From: Iphione sp. A-MEVVRFRX5 | Lineage: Eukaryota | Length of the DNA stretch: 64,000 nucleotides | Direction: 5' to 3' | Assembly (NCBI GenBank): GCA_976226885.1 | Contig: OZ320315.1 | Span: 50,468,001-50,532,000, forward strand | Part shown: in pieces, positions 14,900-27,690 of the stretch | Layout of the letters: each line of letters opens with the position of its first letter | Numbering within the stretch: position 1 is the first letter of the stretch | Translations under genes and position numbers: made by a program | Notes under the pieces: generated by a model | Databases searched by the model: none | What the model saw: the letters and a program-made list of their open reading frames with translations, nothing else | Told to the model about the DNA's origin: nothing

Positions 14900-15220
14900 A
14901 CCTCATTGGTCTTCATCATGCAAGAAACTCCGCTGATTGACGCCGACTTAGACACCAGGCATTGTCATCTCCACTTAGCCTTTACCAGCTTCGCTGCGTA
15001 TAGGACAATTATTTTACCTCCGGGGTACACAGGGCCAGTCGCCTGAGGAAGGTGGCGTCATGTTGTCATTCAGAGAACGCCGTGTAAGACATAATCGGTT
15101 TTGTACAGCTTGCGCTGTTAATCTGCCGGCAGCTCAAGCCAACCTGCTTCTTTCATGCCCCGACTGTCACCCATCCTTCCTCCAAAACCCTTCAGAAGCG
15201 GTGCTGGCTCGATTTTGCAT
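14900..15220 (-). mobile_element. DIRS-like RNase H remnant
   Basis: STASEGFW, LTAQAV and RSLNDNMT in one frame, then AWCLSRR downstream. Confidence 0.3.
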
Positions 15221-16299
15221 TAAGTTGGTGTGGAAATTACTGCAAGAAATCGGGACTTCGAACCCCAGCAGGCGGTGAAGAACTGATTCAGTGTTGTGCG
15301 AAAATATGACCAACTGGTAAATTATGCCATGCACTAGAGACGTCGTATACTGACTCTAAATAAAATCCTTTGATTTGCTTTGAACTGTCCTGGTACTGCA
15401 GATTTATGTCGATATAATTTTACTGTAGTAGTGGATGCCGCTGAAACTAGTTAACTACCATCACTAAATTGCAATTTTGAAAGTTAATAGAAGTAATTGG
15501 ATAGGGACCTAGACTAAACGTATTTAACAGTGGATCTCGTTTCAAGAACTCCATCGTGATTGTCATATAATATATATGTATATATCAACAAAACTAATGA
15601 ACGAAATTCAACACTATGTGGTGATTTAGATCTGCATGTGTCGTAAATGTTGGAAAGTTCGTCAGGGCAATTTCAAGTCAGTTTTCTTCTTGACATATAT
15701 CAGTTTAAATTGTATTAATCTGGTATAAGGTAACAATGTGCACCTTAATGAAAGTAACTCTGCATGCCTTGCTTCATGACACCTAATTCCATCTATCCTA
15801 ATGAATGTGATCCCGACCGGGTACAATGTTGATGATCGCAGTTTGATTAGTGTACGAGTATTTGGCTGCTCGCACTACATGGTCTTCATAATGTGTTTTG
15901 AAAGCTGAAGCGACCGTGCACCGACTGACCCTGCACATGATGCGTGTTTTGTCGAAGGGGTATATTTTCAGGAAACTGTCTTTCCCTGAGCAGGCACTCA
16001 GGTAATCGGCAAACATATAAACGCCCTCTATTCCACAGTTGGCCATTCCGAAAAAAAACATAGAATGTATCAAGAGTTCTTTGGCTAGAAACAAAAGTGA
16101 AAACGCAGTGAAAGTAAGTCGGGCTGCCTTTTAGGTTTATATATGAACTATTGTTGTCATATCTACAACGTATGTAAGCCTATATTATGTGAGGAAATGA
16201 TTCAACCACAGTCTCATAAAATAGTCATCATTTCCCCGCTACACTATAGGAAATATGTCCCGACCCGGAGCCGCTGAATCCCTTCATTGAATGAATCTC

Positions 16300-16500
16300 G
16301 TAGTCCTTTGCCTGCATCTAAAGCGCCCCCCCTTCCGACCCCAACTCCCTCCTGGCATCCTCGTTAGCCCAGTTTTCAGTAGTGCACGCCCGCCTGGTGC
16401 CCCCCAACCCCACCCTCTTCCACGTCGAGTACCCCACCACTTTCTGCCATCTCATTCTTCAGGTGATGCATCACTCCTTACCTGACCACTCCCAGCAACG
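16300..16500 (-). mobile_element. Possible DIRS-like RNase H remnant in a C-rich island
   Basis: VRSDAS at 16464-16475 on the minus strand; downstream motifs are weak. Confidence 0.25.
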
Positions 16501-17589
16501 CCACCCTCCGACAGCCTGCATCCATATCATTGGTATCACTTTGTGGTGACATCGACACATAAAATGTGTACCCGAGTAGACGTGCTCGGGATTCGCGTCG
16601 GGGATATTAATTAATGATAGTTTTTGAACGGTGAAACGACGCAGAAATATGAAGGCTGTTCGAAATCCTTGGAATTAAACAAGGTCCTATCCTGATAAAT
16701 AACTTTCTTTATGAGATAAATTGAAGAAAAGCCAAACGGATGAGTTCCGTTCTAACAATGGATGAATGAAAGCCACAAACAATATTCTTGGTGAAGGGTG
16801 ATCTATAATAACCCGCTAAGGAGGGGTAATGCCTTCCAGGTCTTTCCAGACCCAGGAAGAATGATGCCTGCGGGCATTTCAATAGAGCGAGTGAATAATA
16901 CCATGTGACATCGTACCATATAAGACCTTATAGTTCTTGAATGTAACCAAAAAGGACACCATAAAAACTACCCATTTCAAAGATATAAACATAGACCAAA
17001 TTTTCTCTACAGACCTTACACGTGTCCGCACCTTGCTCCTTCTTTAGCATCTGCTCCAGTAGACCACTCAAACCAACCAATTTTTCAGAAGTGAGGCCAC
17101 CCAAGACAGGGGACATACGTTCACTAGTTTGCTGGAACAGCTTCTTGTTTGAGCTATACACGGTACCATCCAGTACAGGGAACACCCACCTAAATGGGCT
17201 GTCCAGGCAAGAGAGAGGTTTCAGACTAGATCACCATGCAATGTTGACTACATTTATTATGCACATTTTACTTAATGCCTTGCTTTTAGAACAGGCTAGA
17301 TCTGACATATAATGTACATTGGTTTTACAGCTGTATGCTCAATGCGTAGCGTTTCATATAATATGGACTTCCGTTCTGGTAAGCATTTACCCACAGTTGT
17401 TCCAAGTGGATTAAAGCTCATGTTGCCACAGAATGTCTACAGCTGCAGGAATAGATCCAGTATTCACAACCAACAGGGTTAGTTACAATTTCGTTCCACT
17501 ACACAGTTCTCCTCTGTATGAAGAAATAGAATCAAAGATGGCTGCCATGGAATGTATTTATATGCAGTCAGTTGTTACTCACCCATGTT

Positions 17590-17720
17590 TTTTGCTTTCA
17601 CAAAGTTTGATTCGAACACGTCAATAACTTCATTTAGAAGTAAGCTTCCGTGACAAACCGTCACATCAAGAAGGGAATCCAGATATGGTAGCGGTAGGGA
17701 TGGATATGAAATACGCGCCT
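17590..17720 (-). mobile_element. Possible Penelope-like RT scrap
   Basis: HP...IPFL/DVTV..GSL after restoring one base at 17656-17678; resembles HP.....PFLDV.V..G.L. Confidence 0.28.
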
Positions 17721-18031
17721 GGCTCGACATCTGCATGTAAAGATCTTTGTTGGAGAACCAGTATGATGTAGGTAAGGGATTAAACCTTTCTCGTTGTAAT
17801 ATATGTGTACACATAATTACTTGTATGCAAGGAATCTAGTTCTGACTCATTTACATAATGCCATTTTCACTTGTGTCTGCACTATGTAGTTTGAGTTCCG
17901 TCGTCATTAGTTTGTTGTGCCATTTGTAGTTTAGGACAATTAAAAGTTTTGTACCTGTCCAGAATATTTTAGAGGGCAACAGAAGTACAGAAAGCTCGTC
18001 TGCAGAATTGGTCATATCCACTATATGAATA

Positions 18032-18692
18032 CAGTGGAACCCCTCCACAGCAGACATCAATGGGACTGGCGCCAGGGCATCCACTGTCGGGGGTGTCCGC
18101 TGAGTCTGAGCTACCCCTTCTCACTCCCTCTTCCCTCTTGTCACTCCCTCTTAATAGTCGTATATAGCAAGGATAATTTAATATTTAAACATTGCCATTA
18201 CATGAACTTAGCTGTTGTTTTGAATATACTAGGAATATACAATAAGGAATAATTATAGATCTGCAGAAGGTAGGTGGTCAGTGGCAGAAGGCAGGTCGTC
18301 AGTGGCAGAAGGTAGGGGGTCAGCGGCAGAAGGTAGGATGGCAGCGGCAGAAGCTTGCACCTCTCCCGGTGTTTGCACACTTATCAGGTGTTACTCCTCG
18401 CCTTCTCCAGGGTGTGAGGACAAGTTCGCACACCTCTCAGGTGTTACTCCTCATCAAAAGAAGTGGATAAGAGGACTTCTCCAGGGTGTGCGTCTGTTGT
18501 AGACCTTGTGAAATCAGTGTTTGGGACTGCAAAATGGGTGTCCGAAGGTGGGTGTCCGCTGTCCGTGAGTGTCCGCTGTGTCTGAGCAGTGATAAACATG
18601 ATATAGAGGGATTTCATTTGGGACTGTCCTCCAGGCGTCTGTTGTAGGGGGCGTCCACTGTGTCCGGGCGTCCGTTGTCAGAGTCTCCACTG
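18032..18692. mobile_element. Tc1/mariner-type non-autonomous element (MITE-like) with internally duplicated segments
   Basis: Left end TA|CAGTGGAACCCCTCCACAGCAGACA; right end GTCCGTTGTCAGAGTCTCCACTG|CA. These form an imperfect TIR starting CAGTGGA, with TA on the left only. No ORF. Confidence 0.55.
18263..18353 (+). repeat. 21-bp minisatellite, about 4.3 copies
   Basis: GCAGAAGGTAGGTGGTCAGTG / GCAGAAGGCAGGTCGTCAGTG / GCAGAAGGTAGGGGGTCAGCG / GCAGAAGGTAGGATGGCAGCG / GCAGAAG. Confidence 0.95.
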
Positions 18693-19429
18693 CACATACT
18701 TCCTGGCACTGACATGCACTGTCATTCTCTGTCCAAGCACTGAACAATGGCAGTGAATAATGGGTCCGTTAGATCAAGGGCAAAAGCGAAGGAACGGGAG
18801 GAAGTCCCATTCTGAGGCTTGAGTGCTTAATCTACATGTATATACCCATCAAGAGGTAAAATAGTTAAAAGCTAAATGTTATTTGGCACATTTCACATAA
18901 AAACTCATTGGGTCTCTAAATTAAACGATTTACCTGCTCCAAGTTTGTGAACAACCACCATTTTGGAAAACTTCTGTCATCTAATCAGGTTAAAGGTCGA
19001 GCAAAGATTATACATGTGTTTACATTTTCTGACTACGCATTTTGCTCGAGTACATTTGGAGTTAATTATGCACCAAAGTACAGTGGCTCCATAATGTGTC
19101 CTAAGCGGCTCCACTATGTGTCGAACTGGACCAATCACTGTGGTCATCCAATAGAAACGGAATATTTGCTGTGATCAGTCCTCTTACTTTTAATGGCTTC
19201 ATATCCAAGAAAGAATTGGAGTTTCATGGCCAGCCATGTTAGAACATCCTATCCCTATCCCCCTTTTTATCCCTCGAAAACATACACAGCCCACGTACAT
19301 ATGAAAGCAATACCCAAGGTTGTAGGCTAAGTGGATTACCGAAACACAAAATATCAGCACACTCTGTCTTACTTTAAGTTTTTGCAGAAGGTTTCATTTG
19401 AAGATTGCTCTTAAGTTCATCTCCGCCTT

Positions 19430-20317
19430 TTGTATACGTGTATATCATCTTCGGTTCGGCGCTGTACACCGATAGGATGTCGTTTATCGTATGTTGAAGG
19501 GGGGTCATACCTATATTCTGCGGTGTATATAAATACATCTACCGATTCCTGGTCTATAACCCGCCGAGGGTGGCATCTTGTTAGGGAGTCGCTCCATCAT
19601 CCCAGTTACCGAATAAGCAGGAAGCTACCGCCGCAAAAAAAAGCATCCAGCAGCTCCCCCCCCCCGCCCGCTGCTGGCTGCCCGAAGTGGGACCCCAATG
19701 ACCCAGCGCCGCGGTACTTGCCGCTCCCCCTTGTGGCGTTCGGGGTGGTTTCTCTCGAGGGCCAACCCTTCCCTCGAGCAACTACACAGTCCAAGCCCGG
19801 AGAAGAGAACGACCGCCTCCCCGGAGGACTTGCAGATGATCAAGCTAACTGCATGATAAAACACAGGTGTAGAAAAAAGGCCTCGGCGGGGCAGCTTGTG
19901 TTTGACATGGGCCACGGGCGTGCACAGTTCATTCGGCCGTATGCCAAGCAGCTTGGTTTACCAAAGGCTTCCTCCCTCCCTATAGCACGACTGCAGGGTA
20001 TTCACAGATGGGTGCAGAGAAATGGGCGGGCTCGGGCGAAGCACTGGGGGCCGCGGCGGCGAGACCTTTCCTCGTCGGATAAAACTCGGCCTCCATTGAG
20101 TACATTCAGCCCGATAGAAGTACTTCTCTTTTCTAGTCCGACTGGGTGTGTGACGTATTTGCTGGGTGATCGAGAAGGACGTGCCTGCGGGCCGCTGGGC
20201 CTCGGTAGCCGGATGGCTGGATGGGTGGTGGTTGTGAGGAAGGAGGAGGAGCAGGAGGAGGTTGGGGATCTCTTTAGAGTCTCTACACTACGCCCAAGAC
20301 TGGCATATGTCCTCTAG
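19430..20317 (+). mobile_element. 295-codon ORF whose central part resembles the DIRS RT C-terminus and start of RNase H
   Basis: FGV (19739)...PGEENDRLP (RLP at 19814)...RKKASAGQLVF...GRAQFIR...W..RNG...W....DLSSSD parallels DIRS LGV...LG.E.D...RLP...RKK....G.L.F...GR.F.R...W...NG...L.TDAS. No YxDD motif is retained. Confidence 0.45.
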
Positions 20318-22659
20318 ACACAGGCAGAAATAGACCTTAGCGCTATTTTTTTAGTTCAACTCTTCCAGCAGCCGACAGATCTGATAGCCTACTGGGAAAT
20401 GATTACTGTACGAGACGTTTTAGTGTTTTTGAACTCTTAAGAAGAAGGGACGCCCTTGTCCCCAGATGGGTCAAGGAAAATACGTTTTGCGGCAACACTA
20501 CGAACTTTCCGTACATCCGAGCTTACTTCAATACACTTAAAGTTAGTTCGAGATATTTATGATTCTTTTTCATGTAGGTAATGTCACTTTGGGATGTGAC
20601 TAGGAGCTTTTCTGTATTTCATAGTATCAGTCAAATTGATTGAAACAGGGAGAGGGAGTAATTCCCCCCTGTGTTCATTTCCATATTTACAAAGAATTAA
20701 AGTATACTTGTATTGAAATATTTTTTTCAAACGATATCGGATCTTTCAAACATCTCCAGGGGTTTATTTGCAGTTCAAAAAATCATTAGAACTAAGAGAG
20801 CTAGCTGTATTGTTGAGGCGCCTAAAAACATGCTCAATGACAGGTAACTAAAGACGGTTAGGTCGGCATCTCCATCAGGTGCCTGTGCGAACAGGTGTGC
20901 TCTTCCGAGACATCAAAAACCTATTTTGCAAGTGTGTCATATGTATTGTATCTTGGATTCAAAAATAGATAATGCCATGGCATATGGTTCGAACAAAGAT
21001 GTCGACGCAATCAGAAGGTAGCGGACAGAATGGTGATGGGTGCATTTAGGGTGCACACACAGATCGATCACCAGTTTCATATTTCATTTAAGATTTAATC
21101 TAGGAAAATAATAGAATCAGCAGGTCATCCTCGTGAACCATCGAAAGTAATAAAGTAACTGAAGTAGTACATCCATTCGTATAATTTACCTTATTGATGT
21201 AACGACTCTAACGAGATGTTCTCTCTCTGCGAAATCACCATAAACAACTGTCAAGTCAACGGAGGAGGAGTGAAGTATCCCTTTTAGAGACCAGCAGGTG
21301 TGAGGATATGGGCACAGCCTCTCCGTGTTTGACATAACAATACACATTTACATGTGGAGCCAGTATTGAAGTATTCAGCTCAACGGCAAACTGTGTCACA
21401 TTATTATCCTAGTTTTCATTTCACTTTATTCATGTTACGTTCTACATAGTCTGTAAGAGCGATGTACGTAACAGCCGTCTTTTCATTGAAATACAGTGTA
21501 CGTACCGTGTTTCCACAGTGTGCTGTATAAAATACTTCTGAGGCGGTGGCCGTGTATACACCTGTCTGCAATTTCTCGTACCAAGTCGTTCAGGTTAACT
21601 CAAAATTTCTATCATTGCAAAATACATGTACTGTTGAAAATATGCAAAAGGCATGCTTTTTCTGACTTTATATCATGCTTAATTCAGGATACCATCGCGT
21701 TACCGCCGCCTCCCCCCCCCCCCCGAAATCCACTACCGCCTTTTCTCGTGCGATCCCCTTGCAGCGCCATCGAATCGGGAACACGTTGTTCATGCGCATG
21801 TGCAAACGGAGCGACCAAAAGAAGTCTCCGCTTACTGTCCTTTGGCAGCATGATTGCGCTAACCTGGAATAGCGCCAAACGCTGTAATCCATCTTAATGG
21901 ATGCAAGAGAAAAATGGGCGGAATATCGGTGGATGTCGCGAAAATCCTTTTTGTCTGCAGATTGCCTGGCCCTCCCCCCCACCCACTTTCATGGCCTCTA
22001 ACCGGATCGGTTAGATTATACGCTTGCAATCTATGTCAGTTTCTGTGGTTGCAACGCAGACATTGCATGGCAAGGACAACATGTTTTGTGCGACAGAGAG
22101 GTTGCCAGTTGTAGGTAGTCCACACGCTAAAAGAGCAGTCCACATGCTCTGGTACCTTCTAACAAAGATAAGGTTGGCACGTAATTAGTGTAAGTAGTTT
22201 GTAACGTAGACATTTCCAATATGTCAGATAGAATTTCTTAAAGCGAGACTTATACTGCTATCTCTCTGTGTCCCTTGAACCCCTACAATTGATGCTTCCT
22301 GTTACCTGATTGTGCTTAGAAATTTGAAGTAATGTGATTCTGAAGTTGTGCACCTCCTTTGTGGACGGGCCAGTGTTTAGATTATGTTGTAAGCTGATCC
22401 AGTGAAGGTCTTTCTTATTTCTCTCACGCTGACTCCATTAGAGATTATTCTACTAACGGTCGGCGTTGTTTTCTTATCTGAAGGGGAACATTTGCGATAT
22501 CGGCCGGCAAGACTAATTCTCCAACTCGATTAAATCATCAAAGAAAGATCCATCATTGGCTTGAATGTGCTCTGCGAAGGAAAACCTATGTGGGGAAGAG
22601 GATGACTGTGGATTGTCACGACAGGAGGATTCCTGTCTGGTATTATCGGTGCCTTTGTT

Positions 22660-22800
22660 TGCTCGACGGATTCTACGCCCGTGACTGATGTAATACTATG
22701 TCGCTTATTGGATCTCCTGTTGAAGGCAAGATTGATTGCCTGCATGTGATACACCACGCACGAGAACAGATTGTCATTTCTCATCATTAACAGGCCTAAT
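22660..22800 (-). mobile_element. DIRS-like RNase H remnant
   Basis: LMMRNDNLFSCVVY and SITSVTGVESVE in ORF 22530-22820 resemble V.IR.DN...V.Y and I.A.H.PG..NVE. Confidence 0.3.
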
Positions 22801-23399
22801 CTGATTACATATTGCAACATCTAGACTTTATTAAAACAGGCCAATCAGAAGCAGTCTCCCAAATATACGCGGTACTTCCCATCGTTCTTCGTCTCTTCCC
22901 GTCAACGTATATACATAATCTAGAGCTAAGTTTGCGTTTATCTTCATAAAGGATTATTGAGAGCTCGCGATCAATATCCTTTAACACCGATATCACTGAC
23001 AAATATAGGCATATATGAACCCTTCAAATATCGATCTGAATTTATTTTGATATATTCCTTTGGGTGATTTATAAATTTCGCTATTATCCAGGTCAGCTCC
23101 GAGCGGTCCTATAATAGTGCGCTTTCGGCAGAAGTGTGCTGGAGAGCAGGGGAAAATACTTCCTGATCGCGGTTTATATGCAGATCTGTCGTCGTATATT
23201 CGTCGGGATTTTGTAGCGGACGGCTTCTGTACAAAGATTCCTAGGAGTCTTTCTAGGAGCGGACCGTGCTTGCCGGGAACCTCTTCATCAGCGTTGAGTG
23301 GTGGCTTATCGTTGTGGCTTCTCCGTCGACCCGTTTGATAACCCTGTTTCCGGAAGACGAGCATTTATTATATCACCATCACGCCAACCGATCCTTCAA

Positions 23400-23560
23400 T
23401 ATCTCCTACCCGTAAGCCTCATTCCGCCCATCAGTCTCGGCAAATACAGGCCAGTGTGCATGGAAAGAAGTCCCATCGAAAGCCTCGTGGCAGACGCGTT
23501 TCATATAATTTCACATTAATTGCCTCGTGCGGCATCACGCCCGACAAACCCTGCATTGTG
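23400..23560 (-). mobile_element. Possible non-LTR RT C-terminal scrap
   Basis: LYLPRLMGGMRL at 23414-23449 resembles the LY.P...GG.GL motif of R2/R4/RTE/L1-type elements; flanks are uninformative. Confidence 0.3.
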
Positions 23561-24814
23561 GCTCGAATTCTTGTAGGCCTTTGCGGCGGTATCTTACATA
23601 ATATTTCAGCTGCCTAGTCAGACACGCAATTCATTCTAGGAGCCTGTCATCTTTGTTTTTCCTACTTTGCTCTAATATCGTGCAACGCTTGATTAAAATT
23701 TTAACTGTAGACTACATACGTTTCAGCGAATCATAATAACATTTCAAGAACAAAGAACACGTGACAACTGACCTAAATGCGGACGATTTCTCTCCTTCTA
23801 CTCCCTATTTTTGTCGACTAAATAAAGTCTCTGTGGAGCTGGTCGAAACTTAGGCCAGCAGCCAGGCATTATGTTATAGAATAAGAAAGATAAGGAACAT
23901 GGTGGAGCTGCTTTGCACAGTCATTACCTCAGACGTCTTCAGGCCCCTTTGATGTCGAGTAGTATTTCAAGAGAACCAGATGCCGCCTTCCGCGGAAAAT
24001 CACTTTTTGCTCCGTACCTGCCACTGCCAAATCGCCGGGCAATAGTGGAGTGGGAGCGACCAGGTTATCGTTTGGGGCACGTCATTCATTCGCACAGTAA
24101 ATTCTCTTTTTTTCATGGCCTTCCTATCTTGTCCCAGCGGGTTCGGCTTTGATGCTGCTATTCTGCCCTCGTGGATGCGACTGCCCATTTACTAACTTAT
24201 GCATATGATATTTATGATCTTTGTGCAGCGATCTCTCTCACACTCCATTTTTCAACGCAATTCTAGGAAGGTGATTCATTCTCAAGCGAATTACTCGAAT
24301 GGAATGTATATTATCATTTAATGTGAACCCGTTATACCAAAAGGGCTTATTAGTATGGAAATACTATTCAATAAATGTTTTTTCTGTGGAATTTTCCCTG
24401 ATATGAAATGTTATGTTATTACAGTTAATGGATCTTCATGAACTGTACATCAAAGTTTCCTTATATTTTCATGATTACCATCAGAACCACTTACACCAAT
24501 TGTATACGACTTAACCACAGCTGGAACATCATAAAATGAAAAATACAGCGCAATTTACTCTCCAAATCGTGTTACGAAGTAATTTGTAGCCTTGTGATAT
24601 ATATGAACAATCCGATAAGTACAGAGATGTTGAATTGCACTCTGTAGCAGAAAAGAAATGTCTGACAAGTACATGTATGAAATCAATTAGCCATTTTTAA
24701 AAGAGTCTGTAGTGAACAAAAACAAGAAAGACACGCGGAAAACTCTACATAAGTCCCTAAACTTCATAGAGGGTTTAATAAGTGTGGTATTCCAGGTACA
24801 GAAATTCTACTCAC

Positions 24815-24917
24815 CTTAAGTGGAGAAAGTAACACAAAGAATCAAACCGGTGTGAAAGGTACACCATGGAATTAAACGGGCCATATGGAGTTGCTACAAA
24901 TTCCGCGAAATATATTA
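24815..24917 (-). other. Duplicated candidate exon (MARLIPWCTFHTGLILCVTFST*), apparently disabled
   Basis: Acceptor CTTTCTCTGACAG, donor AAG|GTGAGTA, ATG at 24884; collinear with the neighbouring exon. Confidence 0.4.
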
Positions 24918-24991
24918 CTGTCAGAGAAAGCATAAGTAAGGCATGTGAAAAAAAGTAATATACACGTACTAGGTAGAGAAATTATACTCAC

Positions 24992-25073
24992 CTTGAAGAC
25001 ATAAACGCAAGGAACAGCATCAACGTGATGTGTACAACAAAGCAACCGGAAAAAGGACGCATTGACAGAAATA
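24992..25073 (-). other. Candidate exon encoding signal-peptide-like MRPFSGCFVVHITLMLFLAFMSS
   Basis: Acceptor CTCCTTTTCAG, donor AAG|GTGAGTA, ATG at 25062; followed by a 74-nt canonical intron. Confidence 0.45.
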
Positions 25074-26039
25074 CTGAAAAGGAGTGCCTAGTCAGTGCCT
25101 AGTTCACAAAAGATACAAACTCACAATAGCCCCACTTATTGGTGTCTGATCTTCAGATCAGACAGAGAAAACGAGACGTACAAAGAAAAAAAAGCAAAAG
25201 GCAAACAAATGTACAATAACCAATAGGAGCGCTCAGTATCCATACTGCAAGGAGGACATCTTTTTCCGAGGAACGAAGAAAGGTAACATTTTGAACAATA
25301 AATGTATCTGATTGGTACGTTTTGCTGAAATTAATAGGTCTCACCGCAGAAAAGGCTCCGTTGAAACGAATACGTGTACATATATATGTCAAATATTGGG
25401 CCATCCCTTGCAGTAGAAGGAGGAAACTTATGATGACTTTCACCTATTCTGTGTCTTTATTTGAGATCTGTAAGGGTTGAAGGATGAAATCGTAGTAACT
25501 GCTCTCTGCGTTTCAATCTCCTCTTGGGGGAACAAACACTAGAACCTTGAAATGTATCACATAAATATCTGACGGAAGAGGTTAGGTAGTGATGGAATTG
25601 ACCCATCGCCGGGAGAGTTGAATATTGTGAAACTGTCATATGCCTTTGATTGCCAGAGCCAACCACCATGTATTTCCTAGGTACAGAGCCTTTGCTAAGC
25701 CGCAAAGAGTGATCTGCACTCATGAACTGTACAAGGGTTGGCTACAGTATTCAGAGATAAATGGGAACTGGACAATGTCCAAACCTCCCAGCGATGGGTT
25801 GACAACAAATAATCATTGTTTTTTTCTAAATAACTGTCAGAGAAGATGATAAGTATATATGTCAAGAAAACCCAAATCAGACAGCATAGCTTATATTAAA
25901 CACTGTTTGCATTCATTATAAAATGCCTTCTCAAGGACAAGTTTGCAGCACTGGCAGCATCGGCCATTTCAGCAACTGGAGTTATGATAAATACAAAATT
26001 TTGAGGTATATGTGTTCTATATAATCATCCACTATAACC

Positions 26040-26373
26040 GGTATATTGTCTTATATAAAACAATATAGTACGAGCTAAAAACATATAGGGTCGGTCGGTA
26101 TGTGGAATTTTTTTATTTTCATATAGTTTTCCAATGTGAGTAGACCCTAAAACCAAAAGCTGTATGTCATAATATCATTTTGATTGCTTAGATTATAATA
26201 AAACTTATACCAAATGAAAACTAATTATCTAAGGAACAATTTGGTGTATTGTATATGTTTCTATCTTTATTCACTCAAGAGATATTCACAAAACAAGAAT
26301 AAAATAAAAAGTTCCATTGCTATAAAAATTAGGGTCGGGTTACCAGAAACACACAACTTTTTTTCTTAGGCCT
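26040..26373. mobile_element. Probable end of a non-autonomous DNA transposon
   Basis: Repeated AGGGTCGG motif (about 26087 and 26333) and terminus TTTTTTTCTTAGGCCTAA; no partner end found. Confidence 0.35.
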
Positions 26374-27299
26374 AATTAACCGATCACCGTGTATCCATGA
26401 AGCATCCTGCAAAGCACTGGACATACCCCAATGACAGTTTCTTTATGTGTGAAAATCAAGATAGTCTGTGTCTTGTTAGGCCAAAACACCTAAATTTAGT
26501 CATCCAATTTAAAGAAATAACATATCAAATAAAAGCTAATGGCCCAAGGGTGCAAATGGGTCAAATTATGCCTCTCATTATAAAGGGTTCTATTGCTATG
26601 TTAAGTTTCACCATGGAATCACAGTAAAATTGATGTTTTTACCACGAATATAAAAAATGTCATTTTGGAGAATGTCCATGCTTTGTCGATACCGGGCGAT
26701 CAGTTAATTGAGGTATGCGAGTACATATGAAAATGATGTGTATTTGTTGAAGTTTCAACGAAAAAATACATCTCATAGCCTGGCATTGTTGTAACCCCCT
26801 TTGTATATGTTTTCATTTGACACATGAAATTTCCTCATTTCGAAATGATTCATTTTCTATGTTCAAGAAAAAAATGTCGAGCATAAAGAGTACATTTCTC
26901 GCAACACCGACTAAATTGATAGGACACTCGGAGTATCACTTATAAGTTTCTTGTACATTCAAAACTTGTCTATATCGAGTCCCTTTTATATATTAACATA
27001 TGCAACAACTGAAGAAATGAGTTTGTATTTCACATAAACTTTGATCTGTAGACTGGAGACAACCAGGCACTTTCCAAACATACACCACACGGGCTATGTT
27101 GTCTGTTCCACGTGTACAATGCCATTTAAACTAAAGATCTTAGTATCGGTGGAGTGCGCCCTGTCGCGCTATCGAAGGTTTATCGACCCTTTACAAGCTC
27201 TCCATTTCTTTTTAACAATGCGCTCCTACAGCGACTGTCATCCTGATGTCTGCACTGTTTCTCCTTAAGACTAGTTTATCACCGAAAGCGACTCTAGCG

Positions 27300-27690
27300 C
27301 TGTCTACTTCTGTCACCGCTAGGTGTCAGCAGGGGTGTTCCACCTTGGTGTACAATGGGCCTCACTTCACCATAAAGTGGTCCGGTTGATGTCATCCTGC
27401 ATGCTTTACGACGACGCCTATGCCCAGTGGGCATACTTTGCCTATGACTCAGCATTGTTCGGCCTTACAGGGCCACCGTCTCTGATATTTATGTGACTTA
27501 AACAGTCGCAGAGTGACAGAATTGATGTGAGCACGCGCCAGCCGGAGTCCGTATGTTCCTCGATGAAAATTGCTTCAGCTGGCAACCGGTGCCACTCGAC
27601 GAAACGCCCTCCCACTAGGCGTCGCTGTAGAGTTGCACTGAGGGAGCCGTTCTCTGGCTTCGCAAGCAGCTCAACTACCATATCGCCTTG
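27300..27690 (-). mobile_element. DIRS-like RNase H remnant
   Basis: QLYSDA* (27615-27635), LCD...IN and AHCTPRWNTPADT*R (27316-27360) resemble L.TDAS, DN...IN and A.H.PG..N..AD.LSR. Confidence 0.45.

Noticed and set aside
15798-16094. Transposase-like EDHVVRA...Q motif
   Set aside because: A single short resemblance with no adjacent conserved motifs.
16928-17185. Protein-like 85-aa ORF or possible exon
   Set aside because: No recognisable domain, and splice phases do not fit the neighbouring candidate exon at about 17583-17730.
20895-20908. 14-nt match GTGTGCTCTTCCGA to the Illumina TruSeq read-2 primer
   Set aside because: The match breaks on both sides (no upstream CAGAC, no downstream TCT), so it is not convincing as adapter contamination.
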